Of a stretch of 64,000 nucleotides of DNA, positions 60,954-64,000 are shown in pieces; the first letter of the stretch is position 1; each line of letters opens with the position of its first letter. The notes below the pieces were generated by a model. It was not told the origin of the DNA, made no database searches, and saw only the letters and a list, made by a program, of their open reading frames with translations. Origin of the DNA: Patescibacteria group bacterium (GTDB taxonomy: Bacteria; Patescibacteriota; Patescibacteriia; Magasanikbacterales; GWA2-37-8); NCBI GenBank assembly GCA_041649475.1, contig JBAZNA010000001.1, positions 456,612 through 520,611 of the forward strand, in the 5' to 3' direction. The position numbers and the translations under genes are program-made.

Positions 60954-61844
60954 TTATCTGCCGGTAATTAGACAAACTACTGGTCCGTCAAATTTCCAAT
61001 TATCACTAAGTGCTTGTGTTAATCCGACAACCGACAGTGCGCTATTAGGAGAAACAGAAATATTTTCTGTTTTTTTAATTAGTTTGATGGCGGTTTTTAG
61101 ATCATTGTCGCCGGCCACCCAGCCGCTTCCGTGTGATTCATTGACCGCTTTATCCACTTCGGCTTTGCGGAAGGCAATTTTATCCACAATCGCCGAGGCC
61201 AGGGAAGTGTTTATTGTCGCGGGTGTGTGAGTGCCTTTAACTTCGTCCACAATCGGATGGCAATGCGCGGTTTGCACGATATGAATTTGCGGTGAGATTT
61301 TTATTTTTTTAAATCCGTCATACAACCCCTGGGCAGTGGTGCCGCTCGAAGTGGGAATAAAGACCGCGTACAAGTTTTTTATTTTTCCAAGTTCTTCGGC
61401 CAGTTTTTCATAACCCGTTAAAGCGCTGTCGTCAGTGGACTGGCGCAAATTCTTGGCCAGATCTTTTTTATCCAGCTGAAAAGACGATTGTTTCGGATTT
61501 TGCACCTGTGTAACGGTTATCGTTTTTGTTTTGCCGGCTGTTTTTTTAATTAAATTTAATTTACGGGCGTCTATATGTTCGCCGACAAAAATTTTCAGCG
61601 TAAAATCATCGGCATTTTTTTTATTTAATTTTTTTATGGCGTATATGGCGGCCAAAGCGGCATTGCCGGATGAGGAAATACAAAAATTTCTCCAGCCCTC
61701 TTTTCGGTATTTATCCACCATCAGAGGTATGGATCTGCCCTTGTGCGAGCCGTAGGGGTGCAGGTCTTCGCGTTTTAAAAATAACTCGGTTTTGAGGCCG
61801 AGGGCCCTGGCCAGTTTCTTTGCTTTTAGTTGTGGAGTAATCAT
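60954..61844 (-). CDS. PLP-dependent fold-type II enzyme (Trp-synthase-beta/threonine-synthase-like)
   Basis: PYGSHKGRS (PLP-lysine region like SFKDRG) and SSSGNAALAAIYA glycine-rich loop. Confidence 0.5.
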   Translation of the reverse strand: MITPQLKAKKLARALGLKTELFLKREDLHPYGSHKGRSIPLMVDKYRKEGWRNFCISSSGNAALAAIYAIKKLNKKNADDFTLKIFVGEHIDARKLNLIKKTAGKTKTITVTQVQNPKQSSFQLDKKDLAKNLRQSTDDSALTGYEKLAEELGKIKNLYAVFIPTSSGTTAQGLYDGFKKIKISPQIHIVQTAHCHPIVDEVKGTHTPATINTSLASAIVDKIAFRKAEVDKAVNESHGSGWVAGDNDLKTAIKLIKKTENISVSPNSALSVVGLTQALSDNWKFDGPVVCLITGR

Positions 61845-61917
61845 AGAAATTAAATCTTGCGTCCCAAACCGGAATATTGTATAATGTATTTTGCCTTAAC
61901 TATTAACTTATTTATTT

Positions 61918-62085
61918 ATGTCTAAACTTCTTTGTCCGGAGTGTAAAAATGAGGTTGATTTATCCAAATATCCGAATTTGGCTGTTGATAGCGTGGTTGA
62001 ATGCAATGTCTGCGGCATTACTCTGCTCGTTACTGAAAAGAACGGAGAACAGATTACAGCTGAAGTTGTGGATGAGGGCAAGTAA
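61918..62085 (+). CDS. 55-aa zinc-ribbon protein, LysW-like (not in ORF track)
   Basis: CPECKNEV...ECNVCG plus acidic tail, resembling LysW/ArgW carrier proteins; no RimK/LysX partner nearby. Confidence 0.3.
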   Translation: MSKLLCPECKNEVDLSKYPNLAVDSVVECNVCGITLLVTEKNGEQITAEVVDEGK

Positions 62086-63463
62086 CCAGTTTGTCAATCA
62101 TGCCTCTAAAGCCGTGCGAACCCAGGAAGACGACCACGTCTTCTTTTTTGGTATTTTTTAAAATATAGTCAATCAACTCGGTGTCGTCCGGTATGTGAAT
62201 TGTTTGCCGGTGGGTTTTGGAAATAATTTGTGCCAATTCTTCGCCTTCAAACGGCAGTTCGGTTTCGCTTGAGTCAACTTTTAATTTGGTCAGAGTTGGT
62301 ATGATTACCTCGTCGGCCGGTGTAAACGCATTATCATAACCCGGAGCGGATTGCGGTCGGCGATGGCCGGTGTTCGGTTCAAAAATAGCGATAATTTTAC
62401 TTTCCGGATAAATTGTTCGCAAGGTTTTTAAAGTGGCTCTGGCCTTGGTGGGCGAGTGGGCCAGATCGTCATAAATAGTTATATCGCCTTCAGCTTTTTT
62501 TTCCAAACGGCGTCTGATGCCTTTAAAGGTGGCAATGCTGTTTAATATGGTGTCTGCATCTATGCCGCTTTCATAGGCCACGGCAAAACAGCCGCAAATA
62601 TTTTCCGCCATGTGTTCGCCTAAGACGGGTGCGAACACTTGGTAGGTCTCACCCCTATTTTCAATGGCAAATTTTATGCCGTCTTTTGTCTGACTGATAT
62701 TTTTATACACGTAATCGGCGTTGCTTTTGCCGTAAGTAATGGCTTTTACGTCTGCGATTAATTCTTTGATATTTTCACCGTCAATGCAGGCCACGATCAG
62801 ACCTTTTCTTGGGATTAATTTGATTAAGTCCTTAAAGGCCTTTAAATAGTCCTTAGCTGTAGGGAAAACATCGGCATGATCCCACAACGCCGCGGAAAGT
62901 AGTAGGTGAGTGGGGGAGTAGAGCATAAATTTTGGCCGATTGTCCCAGCGCGCGGTTTTGTATTCATCACCTTCCAGAACGCTCCAGCCCGACCGGTTTT
63001 TGTCTTTGCGGAGTTTGGCGCTAAGGGGCATATTCAAACTTATCCCGCCGAACATATAACTCGGTTGTATTTGTGCGTTTGATAAAATCCAGGTGAGCAG
63101 GGCCGAGCTTGAGGTTTTGCCGTAGGTGCCGGCGCAAACTACTGAATGATCCTGAACAATATATTCGGCCACAACCTCCGGATATGATTTTATATTTAAT
63201 TCATTTTCTCTGGCCGCGAAAAATTCCGGATTGGTGGAGCCGGCCACGTTTCCCACCACCACAATATCCGGCCTGTCGTCTCTCATCATTTTTTCCGGAT
63301 GCCAGCCCGGGTAAAAATTAATTCGGTGTTTTTTTAAATGATCCGAAATCGGCGGATAAAACCCAACATCACTGCCGGTCACTTTCCAGCCGTCTTCGCT
63401 AAAGGCAATGGCGAGCGCGCTCATTGCCACTCCGCAGATGCCGATAAAGTGGATGTGTTTCAT
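62054..63463 (-). CDS. Mur ligase family protein, Mpl/MurC-like
   Basis: N-terminus HIHFIGICGVAMSALA...GSDVGFYPPIS (Mpl-like YPP.S), ATP-binding GTYGKTSSS. Confidence 0.7.
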   Translation of the reverse strand: MKHIHFIGICGVAMSALAIAFSEDGWKVTGSDVGFYPPISDHLKKHRINFYPGWHPEKMMRDDRPDIVVVGNVAGSTNPEFFAARENELNIKSYPEVVAEYIVQDHSVVCAGTYGKTSSSALLTWILSNAQIQPSYMFGGISLNMPLSAKLRKDKNRSGWSVLEGDEYKTARWDNRPKFMLYSPTHLLLSAALWDHADVFPTAKDYLKAFKDLIKLIPRKGLIVACIDGENIKELIADVKAITYGKSNADYVYKNISQTKDGIKFAIENRGETYQVFAPVLGEHMAENICGCFAVAYESGIDADTILNSIATFKGIRRRLEKKAEGDITIYDDLAHSPTKARATLKTLRTIYPESKIIAIFEPNTGHRRPQSAPGYDNAFTPADEVIIPTLTKLKVDSSETELPFEGEELAQIISKTHRQTIHIPDDTELIDYILKNTKKEDVVVFLGSHGFRGMIDKLVTCPHPQLQL

Positions 63464-63465
63464 AA

Positions 63466-63990
63466 TTATTTGAGCAGTTTTTTTAATGCCGCTAAATCAG
63501 TTTGCCATTTTTTTCCGTCAAACCATTCCAAACCGGCGAATTGCAGTTTGTATATATCAGTCGGCCTTTGAGCAGAACCCAGATAAATATATTTCTTCTT
63601 ATTTTTTTTGGCGTATAAAATCGCTTTCAGCATCATGCCCATACCCAAATTTGAATTGGCTTTGGCTAAGTTATAAAAAGGATAGCAGTAGTGTAAAATA
63701 TGTTTTGTTTCCAGGGCTATACAGTAGCCGATCGTTTCATCGGCCAATTCATATTTCAATAGTAAATTAAAATTACTTTTTTTGGTATCAATTATTAATT
63801 CTTTTATTTTCTGCGCGCTGAAAGTTTTTTCACCGAATTTGATCGCGTAAAATTCTTTGCCCATTTTATGTATGCTCCAGTCATAATCAGAATAGGGGAT
63901 GGGTGCGGTTTTGAGCGCAACATCTTCGGTTTTTTTCAGTATCCTTCTATTTTCACTAGACAGTTCAAATTTTGCTAAATTTATTCTCAA
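63466..63990 (-). CDS. arginyl/leucyl-tRNA-protein transferase-like (ATE_C/Bpt-like) protein; N-terminus may run off the window
   Basis: C-terminal YIYLGSAQ...YKLQF.GLEW pattern resembling ATE_C; ORF start lies 10 nt from the window edge. Confidence 0.4.
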   Translation of the reverse strand: MRINLAKFELSSENRRILKKTEDVALKTAPIPYSDYDWSIHKMGKEFYAIKFGEKTFSAQKIKELIIDTKKSNFNLLLKYELADETIGYCIALETKHILHYCYPFYNLAKANSNLGMGMMLKAILYAKKNKKKYIYLGSAQRPTDIYKLQFAGLEWFDGKKWQTDLAALKKLLK

Positions 63991-64000
63991 GCTTCGGGTC

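Overview
The backbone is a low-GC (about 35-40% GC) bacterial chromosome segment with a compact set of housekeeping genes: prepilin peptidase, NAD-dependent DNA ligase (ligA), PEP synthase, tRNA-Asp, the infC-rpmI-rplT operon, tmRNA with smpB, a Mur ligase and a radical SAM glycan-type cluster. Three kinds of accessory material interrupt it. (1) A large serine recombinase sits beside tRNA-Asp and overlaps its 3' end on the opposite strand, followed by a D5-like primase/NTPase and many small phage-like ORFs; this looks like an integrated element. (2) At 19.9-31.5 kb an eight-gene plus-strand block encodes a 1589-aa SF1 helicase with a DUF559-like endonuclease C-terminus, a zinc-ribbon-WYL protein, an 1102-aa UvrD-like helicase with a RecB-type nuclease C-terminus, a stand-alone DUF559-like protein, a Zn-finger protein and a Macro-domain protein. 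I consider this the best candidate for an undescribed defence or DNA-surveillance system. (3) Three high-GC islands (about 60-68% GC) lie at 12.6-13.6 kb, 34.0-36.7 kb and 45.8-56.3 kb. The largest, about 10.5 kb, carries seven co-directional genes for secreted, lipobox and outer-membrane-type proteins, including a giant lipoprotein of about 11 tandem cysteine-rich repeats. Smaller observations: a perfect 31-bp direct repeat brackets a single SEC-C-motif gene; paralogous Zn-ribbon genes in island 2 carry a duplicated ribosome-binding-site segment; a duplicated ~170-bp structured leader precedes two island genes; PEP synthase has a membrane-anchored C-terminal extension; tmRNA abuts the infC start codon. 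No CRISPR array, reverse transcriptase or rRNA was seen. All calls rest on reading motifs by eye without database searches. Several coordinates are approximate.
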